Source: a virus
Taxonomy: Duplodnaviria > Caudoviricetes
Virus record (IMG/VR): IMGVR_UViG_3300009180_000041
Span: 984-64,983 of that record
Length of the DNA stretch: 64,000 nt
Strand: one strand, 5' to 3'
Shown here piece after piece: positions 49,211-59,234 of the stretch; the stretch's first letter is position 1, and each line of letters begins with the position of its first letter. The notes beneath the pieces were generated by a model. That model ran no database searches, was not told the origin of the DNA, and was given only the letters and a program-made list of their open reading frames with translations. Made by a program: the position numbers and the translations under genes.

Positions 49211-50235
49211 TGGCTTTTACAACTATACAACCAGATGACCAAACAATTAACAATGAGATACTAGTATCTCCAGCTTGGTCTAATAATGTTTATACATTAA
49301 ATTCATTTTTTACTAGTTCTGTTCAAGAAAGTGGAAGTACTGGTAGATTTTATTTAAATGTTTACCAAACTGCTTCAACTGATACTTTTGCTACTAATCA
49401 ATTTGCTTTAGCTTATGGGCATGTTAATGGAAGTGGATCATATTATTTTAATAGTTTAGCTCCATACTCAACTCCTACTAAAGATGTTTATGGACAATGG
49501 AGAGCATTAGTTTTAGGAGATGAAAATTCTAAATTTACTTTTGATTATACTTCAGGTTCTGACAGTATTGCTGTAATTTCTGTAGCTAGAAGTAAATATA
49601 AACAAGCTTTTAACCCGGGAAGTTTAACTTTAAAATTAAAAAATGGAGCAAATGAATTAAGTTTAACAGACAATAGTCAAATTCAAACTTCTGCTACATT
49701 TATTAATTCAACTCAGTATTATACTTTAATAAGCGGAAGTCAAGGAAATGCTTACAGTACAACTGGAACTGCTAGGGGAGCATATGGTTATGTATTTCCT
49801 GATTTAGGAGCTATTATTTTAAATCCTAATGCTTTAAGTGCATCTGTAGCTGATGGAGGTATTGGTATAAGTTGGAACACAAGTAATTCTTTAACAGCGG
49901 AACCAAATCCATTTTATAATTATAACAATAGAATATTATTTAATGCTGTGAGTTCTAGTGCTAATTTTAGTTTACAAGCAAGTGAAGTAATTTCTTCAAA
50001 TTTTATATTTTGTAGAGCTAAAAATGCTGAAAATAATTACACAGCAAATCCAACTATTATTGACAGTGATGGAAATTTAATTTATAACCAATTAATTTAT
50101 TCTCCTGTAACTTATATTACTACTGTAGGATTATATAATGATAATAATGAATTATTAGCTGTAGCTAAATTAAGTAAACCATTACAAAAAGACTTTACAA
50201 AAGAAACACTTGTAAGAATTAAACTGGATTACTAA
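49210..50235 (+). CDS. virion structural (tail/baseplate) protein
   Basis: C-terminal YITTVGLYNDNNELLAVAKLSKP. Confidence 0.8.
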   Translation: MAFTTIQPDDQTINNEILVSPAWSNNVYTLNSFFTSSVQESGSTGRFYLNVYQTASTDTFATNQFALAYGHVNGSGSYYFNSLAPYSTPTKDVYGQWRALVLGDENSKFTFDYTSGSDSIAVISVARSKYKQAFNPGSLTLKLKNGANELSLTDNSQIQTSATFINSTQYYTLISGSQGNAYSTTGTARGAYGYVFPDLGAIILNPNALSASVADGGIGISWNTSNSLTAEPNPFYNYNNRILFNAVSSSANFSLQASEVISSNFIFCRAKNAENNYTANPTIIDSDGNLIYNQLIYSPVTYITTVGLYNDNNELLAVAKLSKPLQKDFTKETLVRIKLDY

Positions 50236-50244
50236 TAAAATGGC

Positions 50245-50940
50245 ATGGCAGATACCTTTAATAAAAGATTTGATGTAAGTGATGTTTTTGTTTCTCCTTA
50301 TGAAGCGAATAAACACTATGACATTGTATCTGCTTCATTTAATTCTTATAATATAAAATTTAATATAGGAGAAAAAGCAGGAAGTATTCCTAAAAATCAA
50401 TACACAACTGAAAATTTACTTTATCAATCTGTATTAAGTAACTATTATCCTGAATTTTATCCTACTGAGTCTCATAGTACTTCTTCTTATTTTCAAACTA
50501 ATAATTTAAATAGTACTTTAAAACAAAATATTGATTATAATGCTTTACAAAGACTAGGAAATGGAGTAACAACAGAAAAATACTTTCCTACAAACATAGG
50601 AAATTATATTTTAACATTAAACATTCCTAAAAATATTTATTATGAAAAAATCCAACCAGGCAGTATTAGATTAGAAGTTAGTGGAGGAGTAATTTATGAT
50701 GATGGAGAATACAATTTAAGATGGTCAGGAAATAATATTTCTAGTTCTGTAAATAATACAATATTAAGTCAATCAAGTTATGTTGGGAATGTGTGGTATG
50801 AACAAGGTTTAGCTACATTAACTATTATTCCTATCACATTAATAACAGCGAATATTTGTACAACATCTTATTTCATTCCTGATTTTTACACTCCTGATGT
50901 GACACCACAAAACAATCAAGGTTATTACGTATGTAGTTAA
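50245..50940 (+). CDS. virion structural protein, similar to the N-terminal/middle part of 49210
   Basis: IQPGSI.L and GNVWYEQGL. Confidence 0.7.
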   Translation: MADTFNKRFDVSDVFVSPYEANKHYDIVSASFNSYNIKFNIGEKAGSIPKNQYTTENLLYQSVLSNYYPEFYPTESHSTSSYFQTNNLNSTLKQNIDYNALQRLGNGVTTEKYFPTNIGNYILTLNIPKNIYYEKIQPGSIRLEVSGGVIYDDGEYNLRWSGNNISSSVNNTILSQSSYVGNVWYEQGLATLTIIPITLITANICTTSYFIPDFYTPDVTPQNNQGYYVCS

Positions 50941-50941
50941 T

Positions 50942-51340
50942 ATGGCATTATTTACAGTAAATACCAGCAGTATATATAATTTACAGGTAAATAACACTTA
51001 CCCTGTTTATGAACAAACTATAAAATGTGTTGTTAAAGACTATGAATTTAACACAAGTTACAATCCAACTTTAACTACAGGATCAGTAGGTTATGTGTAT
51101 TTATCTGGATCAGATTGGATTACAGGTAGTGTACTTCCAACACCATATACAAGTAGTTATTATACACAGCCAGATACCCAAATAAAAGATTTTGCTACTG
51201 GATCAGATTTTAGTCCTTATATGTCAGTAATAGGATTGTATAATGATTCAAATCAACTTTTAGCAATAGCTAAAATGGCTCAACCTGTTCCTTTATCAAA
51301 TAACACAGATATGACTTTTATAATTAAAATGGACTGGTAA
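50942..51340 (+). CDS. virion structural protein, similar to the C-terminal part of 49210
   Basis: EFNTSYNPT and YMSVIGLYNDSNQLLAIAKMAQP. Confidence 0.75.
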   Translation: MALFTVNTSSIYNLQVNNTYPVYEQTIKCVVKDYEFNTSYNPTLTTGSVGYVYLSGSDWITGSVLPTPYTSSYYTQPDTQIKDFATGSDFSPYMSVIGLYNDSNQLLAIAKMAQPVPLSNNTDMTFIIKMDW

Positions 51341-51795
51341 TGTGGTACGAATTTAAAAATGACTTAAAATATTATAATACAATCAATGATTTTCCTGAAA
51401 ATTCGTTGGGTTTTGTGTATAAAATAACACATAAAACATCAAATCGATATTATATTGGAAAAAAGATTTTATTTAATAATACCAAACAAAAACTTGGTAA
51501 AAAAGAATTATTAGAACAAACAGGAAGAGGTAGAAAACCACTAACTAAAATTGTTACTAAAGAAAGTACTTGGAAAGACTATTGGGGTTCTAGTAAAGAA
51601 TTCTTAAATTATATAAAACAAGAAGGTAAAGACAACTTTAAAAGAGAAATTTTAGCAATTTGTCCTAATAAAAAACTTCAAACATACAATGAATTAAAGT
51701 ATTTATTTAAATACAATGTTTTAGAAGATCCACTTAGTTTTAATGACAACATTTCTGGACATTTTTTCAGAAAAGATTTGGTTCTTCCAAGTTAA
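51340..51795 (+). CDS. GIY-YIG (Seg-like) endonuclease
   Basis: GFVYKIT....YYIGKK, YWGSS and FKREIL. Confidence 0.85.
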   Translation: MWYEFKNDLKYYNTINDFPENSLGFVYKITHKTSNRYYIGKKILFNNTKQKLGKKELLEQTGRGRKPLTKIVTKESTWKDYWGSSKEFLNYIKQEGKDNFKREILAICPNKKLQTYNELKYLFKYNVLEDPLSFNDNISGHFFRKDLVLPS

Positions 51796-51813
51796 TTTAT
51801 TATATTATTGGTA

Positions 51814-52740
51814 ATGGAAAATATTCTATTACTAAATTGTTTAGAAGGTGTTTTAGGTAAAAGTAAAAAAACAGCTAGTGGAAATTATGCTTTTCACTGT
51901 CCTTTTTGTAATCATCATAAACCAAAATTAGAAATTAGAATACAAACTAATCTTAAAGGAGAAAATCCATTTAATTGTTGGGTATGTCATAATAAAGGTT
52001 TACAATTACCTAATTTATTTAAAAGAATAAAAACTCCTAAAGAAAAAATATTTGAACTTCGTTCAATTTTAGGTGTTTCTTCAAAACAAGACTTAGTAAA
52101 AGACTATAATCAAGTAGAATTACCTAAAGAATTTAAACATCTCATTGCAGATACAAGTTTAGAAGCTAGAAGAGCTAAAATGTATTTGAAAAAACGAGGT
52201 ATTACTGAAACTGAAATTATTAAATACAATATAGGACATGCAACTTCTGGACATTATGCTAATAGTATTATTATTCCTTCTTATAACAGTACTTACAATA
52301 TCAACTATTTTATCAGTCGCACTATGGATCCGAATAACCCTCGAAAGTACGACACACCAAAATGTAATAAAAATGATATTATTGGATTTGAGGCACTCAT
52401 CAATTGGGAGATGCCAATTATACTTGTTGAGGGATCGTTTGACGCCATGGCTGTTCGTAGGAATTCTATTCCTCTCTTTGGCAAGACACTTTCTACTGCC
52501 TTAATGAAGAAACTCGTTGAGTCTAGTGTAAAAACAATTTATATTGCATTAGATTGTGACGCTCAAAGAGACGCGTTAAATCACGCACAAACACTAATGA
52601 ATTACGGTAAAGAAGTGTATTTGGTTGACATGGATGATAAAGATCCTAGTGAAATGGGTTTTGAACATTTTACTGAAAAATTACACAATGCATTTCCACT
52701 AACATTTAGTGATTTAATGCTTAAAAAAATAAATCTATGA
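51814..52740 (+). CDS. DNA primase (DnaG-type)
   Basis: Zn finger CPFC..CWVC, TOPRIM LVEGSFDA, ALDCDA and KDPSE. Confidence 0.92.
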   Translation: MENILLLNCLEGVLGKSKKTASGNYAFHCPFCNHHKPKLEIRIQTNLKGENPFNCWVCHNKGLQLPNLFKRIKTPKEKIFELRSILGVSSKQDLVKDYNQVELPKEFKHLIADTSLEARRAKMYLKKRGITETEIIKYNIGHATSGHYANSIIIPSYNSTYNINYFISRTMDPNNPRKYDTPKCNKNDIIGFEALINWEMPIILVEGSFDAMAVRRNSIPLFGKTLSTALMKKLVESSVKTIYIALDCDAQRDALNHAQTLMNYGKEVYLVDMDDKDPSEMGFEHFTEKLHNAFPLTFSDLMLKKINL

Positions 52741-53522
52741 GTATTCAAAAAAATGACAACATCTACAAACACCATTATTTAAAACGTGTTGTAGAACACA
52801 AAGGAGAACAAATAAATTTCCTTGATCAACGATTTTATAAAACAGAAAATGGAGAATACTACCCATCAGTTACATCTGTACTCAACTTTTATCCAAAAAA
52901 CAAATTTTTTGAAAGTTGGTTAAAAGATGTTAGCCATAATAGTGATATTATTGTTAGAAAAGCAGCAGAAGAAGGAACAACAGTTCATGAATCTATTGAA
53001 AAATTCTTAGATGGTGAAGAAATTAAATGGATGGATGAAAATGGACGTGCTAATTTTAGTTTAGATGTATGGAAAATGATTTTAAGATTTAGTGATTTTT
53101 GGAAAACTATTAAACCTGAATTACTAGCTAGTGAAATTCATTTATTAAACCATGATCATAAATACGCAGGAACATGTGATTTAGTAGTAAAAATTGATGG
53201 AAAAATATGGCTATTAGACATTAAAACATCAAATAGTTTACATACTTCATATAATTTACAATTAAGTGCATACGCTGAAGCGTGGAATTCTTATTATCCT
53301 GAAGAAAAAATTGAACATGTTGGTATTATTTGGTTAAAATCATCTAAAAGAGGTAAAAAAGAAGACAAAATACAAGGTGATGGTTGGGAAATTATTCAAC
53401 CTGACAAAACAATTGATGAATATTTTAGAATGTTTATGAATATTTATGAAATTTATTTACTAGAAAATCCATATCAAAAACCATTATTTGAAAGTTTCCC
53501 AACAACAATTAAATTAACTTAA
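52737..53522 (+). CDS. PD-(D/E)xK exonuclease
   Basis: YPSVTSVL, GTTVH, YAGTCDL, LDIKTS and QLSAY. Confidence 0.9.
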   Translation: MSIQKNDNIYKHHYLKRVVEHKGEQINFLDQRFYKTENGEYYPSVTSVLNFYPKNKFFESWLKDVSHNSDIIVRKAAEEGTTVHESIEKFLDGEEIKWMDENGRANFSLDVWKMILRFSDFWKTIKPELLASEIHLLNHDHKYAGTCDLVVKIDGKIWLLDIKTSNSLHTSYNLQLSAYAEAWNSYYPEEKIEHVGIIWLKSSKRGKKEDKIQGDGWEIIQPDKTIDEYFRMFMNIYEIYLLENPYQKPLFESFPTTIKLT

Positions 53523-53537
53523 TATTTATTGGCTGAC

Positions 53538-54377
53538 ATGATTTCTCTACGTTCCCTTTTATTAGAAGTATACGGAGGTCCAAAAGCCATTATTTTAGCT
53601 GGTGGAGCAGGTGTTGGTAAATCAACATTTACTAACACTTTAACACCTTTTTTACCTTCAAATTTTAAAATTTTTAATCCTGACACTCATAATCCAGATG
53701 ACGATCCTAATAGACCAAATATAGCTAAAAATTCAGCTGATATTAGAAAAAATGCTATTCCTGACGCGATAAAAAACAAACAAAGTTTTGTTTATGATAC
53801 TACTGGTCAAAATTTTAAAGAAACAGTTAAAATTATTCAAGAAGCTCAACAAGCTGGTTTTAAAGTAATGATGATTATGCTTTATGCTTCTCCAATTGTT
53901 AGTTTTTTAAGAAATTTTAGTAGAGACAGAACACTTCCTAAAGATGCTGTGTTAAACAATTGGGCTAAAGTTTATGGTTTAATAGATAATTATAAAAAGG
54001 TACCAAATCTAGAATTTGCTTTAGTTCAAACTGAATTAAAACCAAACGAAAGAGAAGATGTAGCTGAATTTAATAAAGCTTACTCAGAAAATGAATTAGA
54101 AGAGTATTTTAAACAATTAATTCAAACTGATCCTTCAAAATACTATTCATCTTTTAGAAAACCAAAACCATCTGACATTGAAACCGCAGATGATCTACCA
54201 GATCCTGAAGAAGTAAAAGCTAAAGAAGAAAGAAAAAAAGAAAGTGAAAAAAGATTCTCAGATGCTATTAAAAATCTTAAAGATCAATTTAAACAAGTAG
54301 AAAAATATTTAAAAATAATTAAACCTATGGACTATAAAGAAGTAGTAGGTACAGTGAAAACATTTACAAAACCATGA
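53538..54377 (+). CDS. Zeta-toxin/AAA_33-like P-loop kinase with MISL..LLLE leader
   Basis: ILAGGAGVGKST, FNPD, YDTTG and RNFSRDR. Confidence 0.8.
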   Translation: MISLRSLLLEVYGGPKAIILAGGAGVGKSTFTNTLTPFLPSNFKIFNPDTHNPDDDPNRPNIAKNSADIRKNAIPDAIKNKQSFVYDTTGQNFKETVKIIQEAQQAGFKVMMIMLYASPIVSFLRNFSRDRTLPKDAVLNNWAKVYGLIDNYKKVPNLEFALVQTELKPNEREDVAEFNKAYSENELEEYFKQLIQTDPSKYYSSFRKPKPSDIETADDLPDPEEVKAKEERKKESEKRFSDAIKNLKDQFKQVEKYLKIIKPMDYKEVVGTVKTFTKP

Positions 54378-57169
54378 TAGACGCTAAAGAAATAGGAAAA
54401 CAAATAGCTGAAGATGTAGCTAATCCTCCTTTACCATGTTATTATCCTGGAGGTTTTAAACCACCAACAAAAGGACATTATGCCGCTGCTGAATTTTTAG
54501 CTGGTAAAAATTATATTAATCAAGTAAATGTTTTAATAGGCCAAGGTAAACGAGAAGGATATCCAATATCTGCTCAACAAAGTAAAGCTATTTGGGATCT
54601 TTATTTAAAAGCAAATGCTAATCCAAAAATTAAAGTAGCAGTATCTCAAAAAAATTCACCAATTGGAGACTTATTTACTTACTTTGCTGATTTAAATCAT
54701 GAAGGTTATGTAGCTGGTGCTCAAGAAGAAATTGAAAAAGGTTATTTTTCTGTATTAAAAGAAAAATTTCCAGGTCGTGTTCGTGAACAAGTTATTGAAG
54801 ATCAATTTGTAACAGGTGGAGAACGAGTTAGTGGAACTCAAACTAGAGAATTATTAGATGAGTTAAAAACTACATTTGATGCTTTACGTCAAGAACAAAA
54901 AGGAACTAAAGAATACACTATAAAACTTAATGAGTATAATAATGCTTATGAAGCAGTGAAAACTATGGTTCCTGATGCTGTAATTCAAAAAGGATTATAT
55001 GATGATTTTTTAAGAATTTTAGGATTAAATCACCCTGAACCAAAATCATTACAAGAAGACAATAATTACAATAAAGAAAAAAATTGGGTTTGGTTAGAAG
55101 AATACAAAAATAAAAAACAACTTAATCCAATGTTATTTGATGGTGAAAAATTAGATCCACAAGTAAAAGAATTATTATTAAAAATAGCTACAATATTTTG
55201 GGATGGTTTAGAAACTGATGAACCTTTTGAAGATGTTGTTTTAACAGGATCATCAGCTAATTACAATTATACTAATAGTTCAGATGTAGACTTACATATT
55301 ATTATTGATTTCAATAAGTTTAAAGAGCCAGAAAGAATGAAAAAGTTTTTTGATATGGCGAAAAACAATTGGAATAATACACATGATCCAAAACTTGGTA
55401 AACATCCTATTGAAATTTATGTTCAAGATTCTAATGAAACACACACTTCAACAGGAGTTTATTCAGTAATGAATGATGAATGGGAAAAGAAACCAGAGTA
55501 TGAATCTATAAACATTCCTGATGGAAATATTAAGAAAAAATCAAAACCATTTAAAGAAAAAATAAATCAATTATTAAAAACAGGAAATAAAAATCCTGAA
55601 AAATCTATAGAACAAATAAAAATAATACAAGAACGTTTAAAGAATTTTAGACAAGCTGGATTAGATAAAAACGGAGAATACTCAGTTGAGAATTTAGCAT
55701 TTAAGGATTTAAGAAACACAGGTTATTTAAATAAATTGAATGATTTAAAAAATGAGTTAATTGATAAAACAATTTCATTAAATGAATCATTTCAAGAGAA
55801 TATTCAATCATTATTAAATAATTTTATGTCTTATGCTTGTCAAGAACTCCAAATTGAAAACCCGCCAACGTTGGAAATCCGAAACGAATTCGGAGAGGAA
55901 CAACCTAGCTTTGGGGCTTATGTTCCCTCTGATCATCATATATTTATTAATCCTTCTAGTAGGAACATTGTTGACATTTATAGAACATTAGCTCATGAAT
56001 TAGTTCATGCTAAGCAAAATGAGATGGGAATGTTAACACCAAATAGTGGTGAAACTGGTAGTGATCATGAAAATGATGCTAATAGTATTGCTGGTATTAT
56101 TATGAGAGACTATGGAAAACAAAATCCAAAAATTTATAAAATTGGTGTATTAAATGAATCTAAGAATGATTGGAAAAAAACATCATGGGAAAATGAAAAA
56201 GGCCAAAAAGTAACATTGCCTCAACTTTTAGATATTATTAAAGATTATCCTATTATACAAGCACCTATTGGAAAAATTAAAAAAATAGTTATTAAAAAAG
56301 ATACAGGAGGTATTGAATCAGATAGATTAAATAAAGCTGATTTTAAACATCCTATTATTGTAGTTGTAGATGATCAAAATAATTTTAAATATATTTTAGA
56401 TGGTAATCATAGAGCTAATAAAGCTATAGATTCTAATTTAAAAACAATTCCTACTAAGTTAGTAAATATAAATAAATTACCTAAAAAATTCCAGAATGTA
56501 TTAGATGAATCTGAAACAAAAACAACTGTAACTTGTGACAACTGTGGTTGGACTTGGAAAAAGAAAGACGGAGGAAAAGATTTATATGTTTGTCATAAAT
56601 GTGGAAATGATAATACTCCAAAAAATAAATTGAAAGAAGAAACAGAAAAAAATCCAAAAATTACAAGAATTTACTTTGATTTAGATGGAGTATTAGCTGG
56701 TTTTGATGATCAATTCAGAAAATACAATAAAGAAAAATTAGATTTTAAAGAATACATTGGAAAATATGGTTCAAGTAAAGCTTGGGACATAATTAACAAA
56801 GGAACAGACAAATACTGGTCAGGAATGGATTGGAATCCTGGTAGAAAAGAACTTTATGATTATGTTATGAAAATGGCTCCTCAAAAAAATATTGAAGTAT
56901 GGGTACTATCAAGTCCTGGTTTAGATCCTAATGGAGACGCTAAAAAAGGCAAAAACGAGTGGTTAAATAAACATACAAATATTCCACAAAATCGTAGAGT
57001 ATACAAACAAGCAAAAGACAAACACACAGAAGCAAAACCAGGTTATTTATTAATAGATGATATGGGTAAAAATGTTAGTGAATTTATTAATGCTGGTGGA
57101 ACTGGTATTAAAAACAACCCAGAAAATTCCAAAGAATCAATAACAAAATTACATAAATTTGGATTATAA
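54374..57169 (+). CDS. six-domain polyvalent protein: HxGH nucleotidyltransferase, Pol-beta NTase, zincin, ParB-like, Zn ribbon, HAD 5'-nucleotidase
   Basis: PGGFKPPTKGH, TGSSANYNY..SDVDLH, AHELVH, LDGNHR, CDNC..CHKC, FDLDGVLA...LIDD. Confidence 0.85.
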   Translation: MIDAKEIGKQIAEDVANPPLPCYYPGGFKPPTKGHYAAAEFLAGKNYINQVNVLIGQGKREGYPISAQQSKAIWDLYLKANANPKIKVAVSQKNSPIGDLFTYFADLNHEGYVAGAQEEIEKGYFSVLKEKFPGRVREQVIEDQFVTGGERVSGTQTRELLDELKTTFDALRQEQKGTKEYTIKLNEYNNAYEAVKTMVPDAVIQKGLYDDFLRILGLNHPEPKSLQEDNNYNKEKNWVWLEEYKNKKQLNPMLFDGEKLDPQVKELLLKIATIFWDGLETDEPFEDVVLTGSSANYNYTNSSDVDLHIIIDFNKFKEPERMKKFFDMAKNNWNNTHDPKLGKHPIEIYVQDSNETHTSTGVYSVMNDEWEKKPEYESINIPDGNIKKKSKPFKEKINQLLKTGNKNPEKSIEQIKIIQERLKNFRQAGLDKNGEYSVENLAFKDLRNTGYLNKLNDLKNELIDKTISLNESFQENIQSLLNNFMSYACQELQIENPPTLEIRNEFGEEQPSFGAYVPSDHHIFINPSSRNIVDIYRTLAHELVHAKQNEMGMLTPNSGETGSDHENDANSIAGIIMRDYGKQNPKIYKIGVLNESKNDWKKTSWENEKGQKVTLPQLLDIIKDYPIIQAPIGKIKKIVIKKDTGGIESDRLNKADFKHPIIVVVDDQNNFKYILDGNHRANKAIDSNLKTIPTKLVNINKLPKKFQNVLDESETKTTVTCDNCGWTWKKKDGGKDLYVCHKCGNDNTPKNKLKEETEKNPKITRIYFDLDGVLAGFDDQFRKYNKEKLDFKEYIGKYGSSKAWDIINKGTDKYWSGMDWNPGRKELYDYVMKMAPQKNIEVWVLSSPGLDPNGDAKKGKNEWLNKHTNIPQNRRVYKQAKDKHTEAKPGYLLIDDMGKNVSEFINAGGTGIKNNPENSKESITKLHKFGL

Positions 57170-57172
57170 GTT

Positions 57173-57751
57173 ATGAGTAAAGAAACACTATTAAATCGTC
57201 AGTTTACTGAACGTGAAGTACAAAGAATGAGAAATATTGTCATGAAAAAACATGGTGATAAAACACAAAGCCAAATAGGTTATGAAAACAACATTCAAAG
57301 AAAAGAAGGAGACACATGGGAAGAACAAGGTAAAACTTGGACTATCAAAAATGGTATTAAAAGAAGTATTCCTAGACTAAGTAAATTTAAAAAACAATTT
57401 AATATGCCTCTTACTTGTCCTGAATGTGATGGATTATTAGATCATAAAAGTGATTATGTAAAATACATGTATAATTTACTACATAAATGTCCAACATGTG
57501 TTGCTAAAATGGAAAGTAATTTAAAATTAGAAGGTACATTTGAAGACTATGCTAAAAATTTACACACTACTAATTTAAATCAAATGTTAGATAACATAGA
57601 AATGGAATTTGATGATTTTTTAAATTTAGGTTTTAGTAAAACTTTAACAGAAGACGGTGAAGTAAATGAATGGGTTGGAAATAGTTTAACTCCAGAACAT
57701 ATTAAAGATGTAAAAGATTGGATTAAATCACAAAAAGAAAAAATCCAATAA
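57173..57751 (+). CDS. zinc-ribbon hypothetical protein
   Basis: EGDTWEEQGKTWTIKNGI and CPEC...CPTC. Confidence 0.75.
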   Translation: MSKETLLNRQFTEREVQRMRNIVMKKHGDKTQSQIGYENNIQRKEGDTWEEQGKTWTIKNGIKRSIPRLSKFKKQFNMPLTCPECDGLLDHKSDYVKYMYNLLHKCPTCVAKMESNLKLEGTFEDYAKNLHTTNLNQMLDNIEMEFDDFLNLGFSKTLTEDGEVNEWVGNSLTPEHIKDVKDWIKSQKEKIQ

Positions 57752-57775
57752 TATTTATCATAAACTAATATCATT

Positions 57776-58144
57776 ATGGCACAATATAGAACAGGTACAG
57801 GCGATAAAAAGAACTGTGTTTACAAAGTAACTAAAGAAGGCAAATTAGGAGCTGAAGTTGGATGTAATCGTAAACAAATTAAAGAAAGAATGAAAGGTCT
57901 TTATGAGTATGATACATCAGCTGCTTCAAACGCTTTGAAAGAAATTGCTAAAGCTTACGAAGTAGGCCAACAACATAATACTTATTTGGACGAAATCGAA
58001 CAAATGAAAAATGAGTTGAAATCACACTATGATAATATGAGTCATGATAATTATGAAGATACTTTAAAAGAAATTAAAAAATCTCATGATGATCTAGCTA
58101 GTACTTATGCTAATGTTCGTAAACTTGTAGACACAAACAAGTAA
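57776..58144 (+). CDS. late hypothetical protein
   Basis: Late motif at 57751. Confidence 0.7.
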   Translation: MAQYRTGTGDKKNCVYKVTKEGKLGAEVGCNRKQIKERMKGLYEYDTSAASNALKEIAKAYEVGQQHNTYLDEIEQMKNELKSHYDNMSHDNYEDTLKEIKKSHDDLASTYANVRKLVDTNK

Positions 58145-58148
58145 AAGT

Positions 58149-59234
58149 ATGAATGAATTAAATAGAATTTTTTTCAAATATCGTGATAAAAATATTATTA
58201 TGAAATGGACTGATAAGGATTTTGATAATCTTTATGAGGACTTAGTTCAATATTTTGATGGCGACTCAGATGAAGTAACTGAATTTATGGGGAGTGGACA
58301 AGCAGAACCATATTTGAAAAAATTTAATATTGATTTAATTGAACCTGAAGAATATAATATTAATCAGGATGAATTCCCTGGTCAAGCATCTGGTGATAGT
58401 ACTATGATGGGACCAGCTATGGAAGAAGTAAAAAGAATGCAAGAATTAGCTGGTATTAAAGAAGTTGATTTCCCTCAATTATCATTTACTGGTGATCAAT
58501 GGAAAACTGATCCAAATAATCCAAATAAAAAAATACCTAAAGTAATAGCATTTAATTATCCAGCGGTAAAAGAAGCAATTGGTTCTGAAAATATTAAAAT
58601 GTTTGCTAAAGTAGTAGGAAAAAACACAAGAGGAAGAGGTGCTGGTAGAGACAAAAAAGAATTTGCTTTATATATTTCAAAAGAATTAAAAACAGCTTTA
58701 GATCAAACAACAAGAGGTAGATCTAGTAGACAAATTGAAAAAGGTAAATGGGATTTAACTAAAAAATTAGATGAAGTTCCAAGTGCTGTAAAAAGTATTC
58801 TTAAAAAAGGTACTGATGGTGGAAAATTAATGAGTGTAGGAACAGGTCCTCAAATGTATCAAGTTAGTTGGCCAGTTATGGGCCAATCAGTAAAAAATGA
58901 AGATCTTTATTGGTTAGTACCAGCTCATATGAAAGATTGGTTCATGGAAGAATCAGTGTTAAATGAAGAAAAAACAAAAGAAAAAGAAAGTGATTTAAAT
59001 ATAGGTTTAGTATTTGACACTGAAGAATTACGTGATAAAGCTATACATAAATTAAAAACTCAAAAATTACCTTTAGTATATCATGCTAAAGACGCAGTTA
59101 ATATTGAATTTCCTTTAGATAAAAATTCAAAATACAACAAAGAAAAAATAAAGTCTATAGTAGATAAAATTTCACAACAATTTACAAAAGTAAAATTTCA
59201 TAACTCACTAACAGAATTCTCAAATGAAGGATAA
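58149..59234 (+). CDS. late multi-segment protein
   Basis: RMQELAGIKE and VLNE segment borders. Confidence 0.75.
   Translation: MNELNRIFFKYRDKNIIMKWTDKDFDNLYEDLVQYFDGDSDEVTEFMGSGQAEPYLKKFNIDLIEPEEYNINQDEFPGQASGDSTMMGPAMEEVKRMQELAGIKEVDFPQLSFTGDQWKTDPNNPNKKIPKVIAFNYPAVKEAIGSENIKMFAKVVGKNTRGRGAGRDKKEFALYISKELKTALDQTTRGRSSRQIEKGKWDLTKKLDEVPSAVKSILKKGTDGGKLMSVGTGPQMYQVSWPVMGQSVKNEDLYWLVPAHMKDWFMEESVLNEEKTKEKESDLNIGLVFDTEELRDKAIHKLKTQKLPLVYHAKDAVNIEFPLDKNSKYNKEKIKSIVDKISQQFTKVKFHNSLTEFSNEG

Noticed and set aside
52737-53522. Cas4 of a CRISPR system
   Set aside because: It lacks the Fe-S cysteines and sits beside primase, consistent with a replication exonuclease.
53538-54377. Epsilon-zeta toxin-antitoxin module
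   Set aside because: No antitoxin is upstream, and the late motif and leader point to virion-associated cargo.
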